Below, one piece after another: positions 39,087 to 48,418 of a stretch of DNA of 64,000 nt. Made by a program: the position numbers and the translations under genes. Position 1 is the first letter of the stretch, and the number at the start of each line of letters is the position of its first letter. Under the pieces are notes generated by a model that saw nothing but the letters and a program-made list of their open reading frames with translations, was not told the origin of the DNA and ran no database searches. The stretch is taken from contig DULL01000036.1 of NCBI GenBank assembly GCA_012840395.1, positions 5,832 through 69,831 on the forward strand. Reading direction: 5' to 3'. Source of the stretch: Clostridiaceae bacterium (lineage in GTDB: Bacteria > Bacillota > Clostridia > Acetivibrionales > DULL01).

Positions 39087-41078
39087 TTGCCTGAGTTTAA
39101 AATAGTATCTAATTTTAAACCTCATGGAGACCAGCCTCAAGCAATAGATAAGCTGGTCAAAGGCTTAAATATGGGTTATAAATACCAAACATTATTGGGG
39201 GTTACGGGTTCCGGCAAAACTTTTACAATGGCCAATGTCATTGAGAGAGTTCAGAAGCCTACCTTGGTTATTGCCCACAACAAGACCCTTGCTGCTCAAC
39301 TTTGCAGCGAGTTTAAGGAGTTTTTTCCCAATAATGCAGTTGAGTATTTTGTAAGTTATTATGATTATTATCAACCTGAAGCATATATCCCTTCTACAGA
39401 TACCTATATAGAAAAAGATGCTTCAATAAATGATGAAATTGATAAACTAAGACACTCAGCTACGGCTGCCCTTTTTGAGAGAAGGGATGTAATAATTGTT
39501 GCCAGCGTGTCATGTATATATGGCCTGGGTGACCCGGAAGACTATACTGACTTAATGCTTTCCCTGAGGCCAGGAATGAGAAAGGACAGAGATGAAGTCA
39601 TCGAAAAGCTTGTTAATATACAGTATAACAGGAATGAAATTGATTTTAAGAGGGGTACTTTCAGAGTTCGAGGTGATACACTGGAAATTTTCCCGGCCAA
39701 TTCTTCAGAAAAGGTTTTAAGAGTAGAATTTTTTGGAGATGAAATTGACAGGATTACTGAAGTAGATTCCCTTACGGGGGAGATTATAGGAACAAGAAGC
39801 CATATTGCTGTTTTTCCGGCATCTCACTATACTACTTCGAGGGAAAAGATGGAAAGAGCGCTTGTGTCTATCGAGCAGGAACTTGAAATGCGGTTAAAGG
39901 AACTAAGGGCGCAGCAAAAGCTTCTGGAGGCGCAAAGACTTGAACAGAGAACCAGGTATGATATTGAGATGCTGAGGGAAGTAGGCTTCTGTCAGGGTAT
40001 AGAGAACTATTCCAGACATATTAGCGGAAGAAAACCAGGCAGTGCACCTTACACTCTTTTGGACTATTTCCCTGATGATTACTTACTTTTTATTGATGAA
40101 TCACATGTAACTGTACCTCAATTAGGTGGCATGTATAACGGAGATAAATCCAGAAAGGATGCCCTGGTTGAATATGGATTCAGATTGCCTTCCGCCTATG
40201 ATAACAGGCCGCTGAAATTTAATGAATTTGAAGAAAAAGTTAACCAGGTTATATTTGTAAGCGCAACTCCCGGTAAATATGAAAGAAGCAAGTCAAAACA
40301 GGTGGTAGAGCAGATAATAAGGCCAACAGGGTTAGTTGATCCGGAAGTCATTGTAAAGCCAGTTAAGGGGCAGATAGATGATCTTATAGGTGAAATCAAA
40401 AAGAGGATTGAAATGGGCCACAGGGTACTTGTTACAACACTTACAAAAAGAATGGCTGAAGATCTGACAGATTATCTGAAAGAACTGGGCTTTAAGGTAA
40501 AATACCTGCACTCTGATGTAGAAACTCTTGAAAGAATGGAGATAATTCGGGATTTAAGGCTTGGTGTTTTTGATGTTCTGATAGGTATAAATCTATTAAG
40601 AGAAGGCCTTGATTTACCTGAAGTTTCGCTGGTAGCCATACTTGATGCCGATAAGGAAGGTTTTCTGCGTTCGGAAACATCATTGATTCAGACAATCGGA
40701 CGAGCCGCTAGAAATATTGATGGTACCGTTATTATGTATGCAGATAATATGACAGACTCAATGAGAAGAGCTATCAGTGAAACTAACAGAAGAAGGCAGA
40801 TACAAATAGAATTTAATAAGAAGCATGGTATTACGCCACGCAGCGTTGAAAAAGAAGTCCGTGATGTTATAGAGGCAACAAAGGCTGCCGAAGAAAGTGT
40901 GAAATACGGAATACGCACTCCGGAAAGCAAGATGAAAAAAGAAGAGATTTCTGAATTAATTGATAAACTTACTGCAGAGATGAAAAGGGCTGCTGCAGAC
41001 CTTCAATTTGAGAGAGCTGCTGAACTAAGAGATAAAATATCCCAACTAAAGAGCAAGTTGGAAAAAATGAAAAGTTAG
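39087..41078 (+). CDS. uvrB: Excinuclease ABC subunit B
   Basis: 663 aa with a TTG start after [15 protein letters not shown], helicase motifs, and a C-terminal UVR domain ([13 protein letters not shown]). Confidence 0.95.
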   Translation: MPEFKIVSNFKPHGDQPQAIDKLVKGLNMGYKYQTLLGVTGSGKTFTMANVIERVQKPTLVIAHNKTLAAQLCSEFKEFFPNNAVEYFVSYYDYYQPEAYIPSTDTYIEKDASINDEIDKLRHSATAALFERRDVIIVASVSCIYGLGDPEDYTDLMLSLRPGMRKDRDEVIEKLVNIQYNRNEIDFKRGTFRVRGDTLEIFPANSSEKVLRVEFFGDEIDRITEVDSLTGEIIGTRSHIAVFPASHYTTSREKMERALVSIEQELEMRLKELRAQQKLLEAQRLEQRTRYDIEMLREVGFCQGIENYSRHISGRKPGSAPYTLLDYFPDDYLLFIDESHVTVPQLGGMYNGDKSRKDALVEYGFRLPSAYDNRPLKFNEFEEKVNQVIFVSATPGKYERSKSKQVVEQIIRPTGLVDPEVIVKPVKGQIDDLIGEIKKRIEMGHRVLVTTLTKRMAEDLTDYLKELGFKVKYLHSDVETLERMEIIRDLRLGVFDVLIGINLLREGLDLPEVSLVAILDADKEGFLRSETSLIQTIGRAARNIDGTVIMYADNMTDSMRRAISETNRRRQIQIEFNKKHGITPRSVEKEVRDVIEATKAAEESVKYGIRTPESKMKKEEISELIDKLTAEMKRAAADLQFERAAELRDKISQLKSKLEKMKS

Positions 41079-41158
41079 AAATTGAAGAAGTAGAAATTAA
41101 GGCCGGAAAATTGAAGGCAAAATTAATGCTGAAAAATTAAAGGCAGAATTAAATGCAA
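41078..41158. repeat. Degenerate ~13-nt tandem repeats (GAAAATTGAAGGC-like, about 6 units)
   Basis: Starts on the uvrB stop codon: GAAATTGAAG / GAAATTAAGG / GAAAATTGAAGG / AAAATTAATG / GAAAAATTAAAGG / GAATTAAATG. Confidence 0.75.
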
Positions 41159-41240
41159 GAAAAGATGACAAATAATGCACAAGTAATATATATGAAATGA
41201 TATAAATATATGGATATAATTATTTAAGATATAATTAATT

Positions 41241-41360
41241 AGATAGAACTATATTAGATAGAACTATATAGATAGAATTATTTAGTTAGAATTAAGTAGA
41301 TAGAATTATATAGATGGAATTATTTAGATAGAATTATATAGATAGAATTATTTAGAAATA
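41241..41360. repeat. Regular 14-bp tandem array, 8 units of AGATAGAATTAT(AT/TT)
   Basis: Unit starts are 41241, 41256, 41270, 41284, 41298, 41312, 41326 and 41340. One more isolated copy is near 41434. Confidence 0.9.
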
Positions 41361-41499
41361 GTGTGTTTTATAGTGTATTTAGTTATAAATTCTTTAGATA
41401 TAAGGCATTTATATAGAATCATATAATTGCATTTAGATAGAATTTTAAATTCATAAAATATATTTATTTGTTAATTTGCTATTTGCTTGGAGGGTTAAA

Positions 41500-43437
41500 A
41501 TGGATAGAAGAGAAATTTCTTTTGTAGAAGATGATTTATTATATGTTGTACCTCATCAATCACATTCAAAAGAAGATTTGCTGGCGCTTTTCAGAAGACA
41601 TCCTGAAATTAAGTTCGTGTCACTTGTAGGTATTGATTTGCGCGGTAATGATACTGACGAGAAGATTCCTATAAAGTATTTTCTGGATGACATCCATGGA
41701 TTTCTGAAAAAGGGTGTTCAGACTGACGGGTCAAGTGTTGTCCTGCCTGGGATTGCCACCTTGAACAACGGACAGGTGGATATTATAGCAGATGTATCAG
41801 TAAACTGGTTTGTAGATTATAACTATGAGCATATTGATTATGAGACAGGACGTCCTGTAGGAACCTTGAGAATACCATCATTTCTTATACATAATGGGAA
41901 AAGGGTTGACTCAAGGTCTGTTCTCCAAAGGTCAATAGACTATTTTAAATCAGAAATAATCAATATGATGAATAAAAGGCCAGAAATAGCGAAAGAATTA
42001 GGTATTGACCCGGATGACATAGAAGATATTTGTCTTATTGCTGCAACAGAATTGGAATTTTGGGTAAAAACACCTGATGAAAAGGCTGTAATTGAGGAAT
42101 TAAGTACTTCTCAGGTTTTACAGGAGCAATACTGGAAAAGGACTAAAGGAGATGTAAGAACTGCTCTTGAAAAATCCCTCCTTCTTCTTGAACGCTATGG
42201 CTTGCAACCAGAAATGGGACATAAAGAGGTTGGAGGAGTAAAAGCAAAGATTGGAGGAGAGGGAAGATATAACCATATTATGGAGCAACTGGAGATAGAC
42301 TGGCTATATGCGCATGCTATGCAAGCTGCTGATAATGAGCTTATTGCAAGAATTCTTGTTAAAGAAGTATTCAGAATGCACGGACTGGAAGTAACTTTCC
42401 TGGCAAAACCCATTGAAGGAGTAGCCGGAAGCGGCGAACATACCCATGTTAATGTAGTAGCCAAACTTAGACACGGGGAAAAAGTAAACCTTTTTTCTCC
42501 TGCAGATATGAAAAAAGATTTTCTAAGTGTAATTGGATGGGGCGCATTAATGGGATTATTAAAGAATTATGAAGTAGTCAGTCCATTTATTACCTCAACC
42601 AATGATGGCTTCAACCGCTTGAAACCAGGTTTTGAAGCTCCTATATGTATTGTTGCATCAATAGGCCGTGATGTGCTCACTCCTGCAAGAAACAGGACCG
42701 TCCTGGCAGGGCTTGTTAGAGATATTGATAATCCTAAAGGTACCAGATTCGAAGTACGGTCACCAAATCCTCATACTAACACCTATTTAGCTTTGGCAGC
42801 CATGTACCAGGCTATGCTGGATGGCATAAAATATGCTGTTGAATCCGGTAAAACAACCAAAGAATTAGAGAAAGAGTTTACAAAGAACGTAGGAGAAAAT
42901 GCAGATTACCTGGAAAAGGATAGGGCATACAGGAGTGAGGAGAATGTTTTTGAATATTACAATGAGGAACAGAGGGATAAAATGTTTGGAGTTCCTCCTG
43001 CTACAGTATGGGAGAACCTAAAAGCTTTTAGGGCTTATCCTGATAAAACTAAAGTTTTGGTTCAAGGAAATGTGTTTGGTGAGGAAATAATACGTTCATA
43101 TGAAAAAGCCATATGTATACAATGGACTATGGAGCTTTATGAGCGCATATTGACAGAAAATATGGAAATTGTAAAGAGTTGCAAAAAGATCCATAATGAA
43201 AATGATTCCACTGATTATGATGAAGAGCTATGGAAAAGAATTAACGACTTAAGACATTATATGATAAAAGATACATTAAGTAAGAAGTCGCTGTTTACAA
43301 GGATCAGAGATGCGATAGACAGTCATGATTATGATAAAGTTTCAGAATTGCAGTTGGAAATGAGTGATAAAATAACTCAGCTTAAGAAACTATATACTCT
43401 ATATAAGAGAAATATGATTGAGTTTGATTGTATTTAG
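41500..43437 (+). CDS. Glutamine-synthetase-family protein (long form)
   Basis: Start set at ATG 41500 after GGAGGG. GS beta-grasp N-domain and a catalytic domain with ELEFW, GHKEVGG and GSGEHTH motifs. ~645 aa is longer than a type I GS. Confidence 0.8.
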   Translation: MDRREISFVEDDLLYVVPHQSHSKEDLLALFRRHPEIKFVSLVGIDLRGNDTDEKIPIKYFLDDIHGFLKKGVQTDGSSVVLPGIATLNNGQVDIIADVSVNWFVDYNYEHIDYETGRPVGTLRIPSFLIHNGKRVDSRSVLQRSIDYFKSEIINMMNKRPEIAKELGIDPDDIEDICLIAATELEFWVKTPDEKAVIEELSTSQVLQEQYWKRTKGDVRTALEKSLLLLERYGLQPEMGHKEVGGVKAKIGGEGRYNHIMEQLEIDWLYAHAMQAADNELIARILVKEVFRMHGLEVTFLAKPIEGVAGSGEHTHVNVVAKLRHGEKVNLFSPADMKKDFLSVIGWGALMGLLKNYEVVSPFITSTNDGFNRLKPGFEAPICIVASIGRDVLTPARNRTVLAGLVRDIDNPKGTRFEVRSPNPHTNTYLALAAMYQAMLDGIKYAVESGKTTKELEKEFTKNVGENADYLEKDRAYRSEENVFEYYNEEQRDKMFGVPPATVWENLKAFRAYPDKTKVLVQGNVFGEEIIRSYEKAICIQWTMELYERILTENMEIVKSCKKIHNENDSTDYDEELWKRINDLRHYMIKDTLSKKSLFTRIRDAIDSHDYDKVSELQLEMSDKITQLKKLYTLYKRNMIEFDCI

Positions 43438-43585
43438 TGTTTTTGTATTTAGTGTATTTTTATTTATTTAGTATATTGAAGTTTTATGTTTGTGTTTAAA
43501 TGTTATATTTTATTTACTTAAGTACTAAGTCTAATATACTAATGTTTTATATTAATGTTTTATATTTATATGTCTTAATGTCAGT

Positions 43586-43625
43586 AGAACATTTGTTTGA
43601 TTTTTTCTATCTGCTTATGTATAAT
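43586..43625 (+). promoter_or_regulatory. LexA/Cheo-type box AGAACATTTGTTTG overlapping promoter TTGATT-17-TATAAT (uvrA)
   Basis: Box at 43586-43599, -35 at 43597-43602, 17-nt spacer, -10 at 43620-43625. Confidence 0.6.
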
Positions 43626-43664
43626 ATGTCTGTAACAAATTTCGCATTTGTTATTAAATTATAT

Positions 43665-43793
43665 AACCAGGCATCAAGAAGTCTCTCGCTTCTATAAGCG
43701 GGAGCTGAATTGATGTAAATTATAATAACCTTTTTCAGTTGGGAATTGCAAGCCCCCCACTGAATCTCCGGGCGAAGCGGGTTTGCCTTAGTT
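43665..43793 (+). repeat. Conserved structured intergenic element, copy C
   Basis: Same blocks as copies A and B. Hairpins at 43683-43704 and 43736-43762. Begins about 30-35 nt downstream of the predicted uvrA transcription start. Confidence 0.85.
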
Positions 43794-43826
43794 AATTTAG
43801 TTAATAATATAAGCAGGTGTAGGTTT

Positions 43827-46661
43827 ATGATTAGAGACAGTATTTTTATTAAAGGAGCAAGAGAGCATAATTTAAAGAATATAGATGTTGAGATACCAAG
43901 AGATAAGCTGACGGTTATAACGGGTCTCAGTGGATCGGGTAAATCATCCTTGGCCTTTGACACTATTTATGCAGAAGGCCAAAGAAGATATGTTGAATCT
44001 CTTTCAGCTTATGCACGCCAATTTTTAGGACAGATGGAAAAACCGGATGTAGATTATATAGAAGGTCTTTCTCCGGCTATATCAATTGATCAGAAAACCA
44101 CCAGCAGGAATCCTCGTTCAACAGTTGGAACAGTAACTGAAATATATGACTATCTAAGACTCTTATTTGCAAGAATAGGTATACCACATTGCCCTGTATG
44201 CGGTAAAGAAATCTCCCAGCAAACCGTAGACCAGATGGTTGATCAAATTATGACACTTGAGCAGGGAACCAGGATACAGTTGCTTGCTCCTGTTGTAAAG
44301 GGCAGAAAAGGAGAATATACCAAGCTAATTGAGGATATTAAGAAGAGCGGATATGTTCGTGTTAGAGTTGATGGTGAAATAAGGGATGTGAATGATCCTA
44401 TTCAACTTGAAAAGAATAAGAAGCATAATATAGAAATAGTTGTGGACAGGCTTATTATTAAGCCGGATATGCATAAAAGGCTTACTGATTCTATAGAAAC
44501 AGTGTTGCGTTTAAGCGGCGGGCTATTAATAGTAGATATTATAGGGAAAGAAGAAATGCTTTTTAGTCAGAATTTTGCATGCAGCGACTGTGGTATAAAC
44601 ATTGAAGAGCTTACTCCAAGGATGTTTTCTTTCAATAATCCATATGGAGCATGCCCGAAATGCAGTGGCCTGGGTACTTTATTAAAAATTGATCCGGATT
44701 TGGTCATCCCCAATAGGTCCCTTTCACTTGCTGAAGGTGCTATTAATGTGGGAGGATGGAACACCGCCAATGGAGACAGCTATGCAAGAATGTATATGAA
44801 TGCTCTGGCTAAGCATTATGGATTTAGTGTGGATACTCCCGTTGAAAAGCTGCCTGACCGAATACTGGATATAATTTTATACGGTACAAAAAATGAAAAA
44901 ATTACTGTGGAATATGAGAAGGAATATGGTAGCGGTAGTTTTACCACCTCTTTTGAGGGAGTAATAAACAATATGGAGAGACGGTACAGGGAAACCCAAT
45001 CCGAATCCATGAAACAATATTATGAAGAGTTTATGAGCAGTAATCCCTGTCCTGAATGCAAAGGGACCAGGTTAAAAAAACAAAGCCTTGCTGTTACCAT
45101 AGGCGGGAAAAATATTTATGAGATTACCACCATGCCTATTTCAGCCATCAGGGAATTTTTCAAATCCCTGAAGCTGACTTCCAGGGAAGAAATGATAGCC
45201 CGACAGATTTTGAAGGAAATTAATGCCAGACTAGGATTTTTAATTGATGTGGGACTTGATTACCTTACTCTTTCGCGATCTGCAGGGACACTTTCAGGGG
45301 GAGAAGCCCAGAGAATACGACTTGCTACCCAGATAGGGTCAGGACTTATGGGAGTGCTGTATATACTGGATGAACCGAGTATAGGACTTCATCAAAGAGA
45401 TAATGCAAAACTATTGATGACATTAAAGAAACTCAGGGACATTGGAAATACTCTCGTGGTTGTGGAGCATGATGAGGAAACCATGTATGCAGCAGATCAT
45501 ATTATCGATATGGGACCTGGAGCAGGAGTGCATGGAGGATATATTATTGCACAGGGAAATATTGATGATATTAAAAAATGTGAGAAATCCATAACAGGAC
45601 AGTATTTAAGCAAAAAGAAGAAGATTGAAATTCCTGATAAAAGAAGGAATCCCAACGGAAAATGGCTGGAAGTAATAGGAGGAAGAGAGAATAATTTAAA
45701 GAATGTAAATATCAAATTTCCTCTGGGAGTATTAACTTGTGTAACAGGAGTATCAGGCTCGGGAAAAAGTTCCCTTGTAAACGAGATACTATATAAGAAA
45801 CTTGCGGCCGAATTAAACAGAGCCCGGACAAAACCGGGAGATCATGATTATATAAAAGGTATAGAGCATCTGGATAAGATAGTCAATATTGACCAAAATC
45901 CCATAGGCCGTACTCCCAGGTCTAATCCTGCCACATATACAGGTGTTTTTGATCTTATAAGGGAGTTATTTGCAGAAACTGTAGAAGCTAAAACCAGGGG
46001 CTATAAACCGGGAAGATTCAGCTTTAACGTAAAGGGCGGAAGATGTGAAGCCTGCTTCGGTGATGGTATAATAAAGATAGAAATGCACTTTTTGCCTGAT
46101 ATTTATGTGCCTTGTGAAGTCTGCAAGGGAAAAAGATACAACAGAGAAACCCTTGAAGTAAAGTATAAAGGGAAAAATATTGCCGAAATACTTGATATGA
46201 CGGTAGAAGATGCTCTTGAGTTTTTCAAGAATATACCTAAAATACAGAGAAAACTTCAAACTCTATATGATGTAGGGTTAGGTTATATAAAACTGGGACA
46301 ACCTTCTACAACACTTTCAGGAGGTGAATCTCAAAGGGTTAAGCTTGCAACTGAGTTATCAAGAAGAAGTACAGGCAGAACAATATATATACTGGACGAG
46401 CCAACAACAGGTCTTCATATTGCAGATGTACACAGACTTTTAGATATTTTGCAAAGGCTTGTGGATGCCGGTAATACTGTTGTTGTAATCGAGCATAACC
46501 TGGATGTTATAAAAACAGCAGATTATATAATTGATTTGGGCCCGGAAGGCGGAGATAAAGGTGGATATCTTATAGCCCAGGGAACACCTGAGGAAGTAGC
46601 GAATGTAAAGGAATCTTACACCGGCCAGTTCCTTAAACCTATACTTGAGCGTAAGGAGTAA
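43827..46661 (+). CDS. uvrA: Excinuclease ABC subunit A
   Basis: 944 aa. Two ABC modules ([18 protein letters not shown]; [16 protein letters not shown]) and zinc-finger Cys clusters. Confidence 0.95.
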   Translation: MIRDSIFIKGAREHNLKNIDVEIPRDKLTVITGLSGSGKSSLAFDTIYAEGQRRYVESLSAYARQFLGQMEKPDVDYIEGLSPAISIDQKTTSRNPRSTVGTVTEIYDYLRLLFARIGIPHCPVCGKEISQQTVDQMVDQIMTLEQGTRIQLLAPVVKGRKGEYTKLIEDIKKSGYVRVRVDGEIRDVNDPIQLEKNKKHNIEIVVDRLIIKPDMHKRLTDSIETVLRLSGGLLIVDIIGKEEMLFSQNFACSDCGINIEELTPRMFSFNNPYGACPKCSGLGTLLKIDPDLVIPNRSLSLAEGAINVGGWNTANGDSYARMYMNALAKHYGFSVDTPVEKLPDRILDIILYGTKNEKITVEYEKEYGSGSFTTSFEGVINNMERRYRETQSESMKQYYEEFMSSNPCPECKGTRLKKQSLAVTIGGKNIYEITTMPISAIREFFKSLKLTSREEMIARQILKEINARLGFLIDVGLDYLTLSRSAGTLSGGEAQRIRLATQIGSGLMGVLYILDEPSIGLHQRDNAKLLMTLKKLRDIGNTLVVVEHDEETMYAADHIIDMGPGAGVHGGYIIAQGNIDDIKKCEKSITGQYLSKKKKIEIPDKRRNPNGKWLEVIGGRENNLKNVNIKFPLGVLTCVTGVSGSGKSSLVNEILYKKLAAELNRARTKPGDHDYIKGIEHLDKIVNIDQNPIGRTPRSNPATYTGVFDLIRELFAETVEAKTRGYKPGRFSFNVKGGRCEACFGDGIIKIEMHFLPDIYVPCEVCKGKRYNRETLEVKYKGKNIAEILDMTVEDALEFFKNIPKIQRKLQTLYDVGLGYIKLGQPSTTLSGGESQRVKLATELSRRSTGRTIYILDEPTTGLHIADVHRLLDILQRLVDAGNTVVVIEHNLDVIKTADYIIDLGPEGGDKGGYLIAQGTPEEVANVKESYTGQFLKPILERKE

Positions 46662-46708
46662 AAGATAGTTATAATTTAATGAATGTTATAATTTAATGGT
46701 TATAGTTT

Positions 46709-46745
46709 GAAAGGAACAGCTTTATTAAGAAAGCCAGTTCCTTTC
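46709..46745 (+). terminator. Hairpin after uvrA (terminator candidate, no clear T-tract)
   Basis: GAAAGGAAC / GTTCCTTTC 9-bp stem with an inner GCTTT/AAAGC extension. Confidence 0.4.
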
Positions 46746-47133
46746 AATATGTTCCTCAAAGTTGCTTCATATGTTATTATGAATGTGTTATTCTGAATAA
46801 GTAAAAGTTAATGATTAAAACTAAGGTAATATAGCATTACTTGGGATCCAGGTAACTGCCACAGGTATTATACGGATGATTCAGGAAAATTAAAAGGAAA
46901 ACAATTATGAAAAATAAAATTGCGCAGTCGTTATTAATGAATTTTTCCAAGAAGCTTCTTTCCTCCACAACAAGACACCTCCTTGATCAGACTGAATGAA
47001 TAAGAATATGCTGGTTACTTAGCTAAATAACTGGATAAACTTTATTCAATACACTATATTCAATAATGATTAAGATGGTTACAGATTAGGAAAGAATAAT
47101 AGAATCAGGGCTGAAAAGGACAGTTAATAAAGA

Positions 47134-47162
47134 TTGACATATGGATTAATTGAGTTTAAAAT
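47134..47162 (+). promoter_or_regulatory. Sigma-A-type promoter TTGACA-17-TAAAAT for the DeoR regulator gene
   Basis: -35 at 47134-47139 and -10 at 47157-47162. Confidence 0.5.
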
Positions 47163-47201
47163 GACAGTGATGTTACATAAATATTACATAGGGATGATAT
47201 A

Positions 47202-47987
47202 ATGCCAGAAGGAAAATATCAAGATTTAAATATCGAGGAAAGAAGAAGCAGGATACTGGAAATTCTTACCCAGCAAGGAAAAGTAAAGGTAAACGAATTA
47301 AGCAAGCTTTTTGGCATTTCAGAGGTTACTATCAGAAATGACCTTTCGGAATTGGAGATGAGTGGGTTACTGGAACGTACCCACGGGGGAGCTATAAGCA
47401 CATATAAAGCCTATTACAACATGTCTATTGCTGACAGAATGAGGACTAATGAAGAAGAAAAGAGAAAAATAGCTTCCGCAGTTGCTTCTATGATTTCTGA
47501 TATGGATACAATTATGATAAATTCCGGTACTACAACACTTTTTGTGGTGCAGGAACTAAAAAGTGTAAAGAATCTTACAATTGTGACCAATTCAATACCA
47601 ATTTCCCTTGAAACAGGTAATTATAAGGATTTTCATACAATTCTTCTTGGAGGAAATTTTAATACAAGAGATCAGTTTACTTATGGAGATGACGCAATAA
47701 ATCAGCTTAAGAAATACAAGGCAAACAAGCTGGTATTATCTGTAGACGGAATTAATTCTGAAGACGGTATTTCCACATATCACCATCTTGAGGCTGAAAT
47801 AAACAGGCAGATGCTGGCCAGAGTCAATAAAACCATTGTAGTTGCCGATTATACCAAAATAGGAAGAACTAGTTTTGCCCATATTGTACCAATAGAAAAT
47901 GTTGATATGATTGTCACTAACAAAAAGGCTAATAGTGACGAGATAAACCTTATAAGAGAAAAGGGAGTAGAGGTTATATTAGTTTAG
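47202..47987 (+). CDS. DeoR/GlpR-family transcriptional regulator
   Basis: 261 aa. N-terminal wHTH (RRSRILEILTQQGKVKVNELSKLFGISEVTIRNDL) and a DeoR C-terminal sugar-phosphate sensor domain. Confidence 0.85.
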   Translation: MPEGKYQDLNIEERRSRILEILTQQGKVKVNELSKLFGISEVTIRNDLSELEMSGLLERTHGGAISTYKAYYNMSIADRMRTNEEEKRKIASAVASMISDMDTIMINSGTTTLFVVQELKSVKNLTIVTNSIPISLETGNYKDFHTILLGGNFNTRDQFTYGDDAINQLKKYKANKLVLSVDGINSEDGISTYHHLEAEINRQMLARVNKTIVVADYTKIGRTSFAHIVPIENVDMIVTNKKANSDEINLIREKGVEVILV

Positions 47988-48029
47988 TTAGGATATTTAT
48001 TTTAAGATATTTACATGGTCAATTATTCA

Positions 48030-48152
48030 ATATATTAAATATATAAAAGATATTAAATATATTAAAGATAAAAAAGATATAAAAGATATAAAAGATATTA
48101 ATAAAGATATTAATAAAGATATTAAAGTTATTAGAGATATTAAAGATATTAT
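48030..48152. repeat. AT-rich tandem array built on AAAGATATTA units
   Basis: ..AAAAGATATAAAAGATATAAAAGATATTAATAAAGATATTAATAAAGATATTAAAG..AGAGATATTAAAGATATT. Confidence 0.85.
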
Positions 48153-48311
48153 TCTAATTCTAGGTGATTAATGTAATAGTTTTGGCAATAAACAAGCTGT
48201 TTAAATCAGGTTGTTATGGTTAAGCTCAGGTTGTTATAAATGAGCTGTTATAAAATAGCTGGAAGGTTTGATTATTTTATTATTTTTATGTATATATAAT
48301 TTATGAGTATG

Positions 48312-48383
48312 CATGTGTAAGTTTAGTATTCATGTGTAAGTTTACGGTCACATAAAAACATAATATCGTCACATATAAACATA
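48312..48383 (+). promoter_or_regulatory. Two pairs of direct repeats upstream of the kinase operon (candidate DeoR operators)
   Basis: CATGTGTAAGTTTA at 48312 and 48331 (19-bp period). GTCACATA(A/T)AAACATA at 48347 and 48368 (21-bp period). Confidence 0.4.
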
Positions 48384-48418
48384 TATTAATAAATTATGCA
48401 GTGGGGAGGTAGGTTTTT

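Noticed and set aside
41241-41360. Considered whether the regular arrays (41241-41360, 48030-48152, 29243-29320) are CRISPR arrays.
   Set aside because: The units are 9-16 bp and contiguous, with no unique spacers, no palindromic ~30-nt repeat and no cas genes. They are simple tandem repeats.
43500-43963. ORFs 43500..43697 (+) and 43607..43963 (-) overlapping copy C and the uvrA start.
   Set aside because: They span promoter, leader and repeat sequence. The minus-strand ORF is antisense to the uvrA N-terminus. Conservation among the three element copies is at nucleotide and structure level, not in any reading frame.
46907-46999. Small ORFs in the 540-bp uvrA/deoR gap. One is 30 aa on + (MKNKIAQSLL..). 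The other is an overlapping ~22-aa minus-strand ORF preceded by AAGGAGG.
   Set aside because: Neither is hydrophobic or toxin-like, and conservation cannot be checked here. Short ORFs of this size arise easily by chance in AT-rich DNA. Worth a Ribo-seq look, but not reportable as genes.
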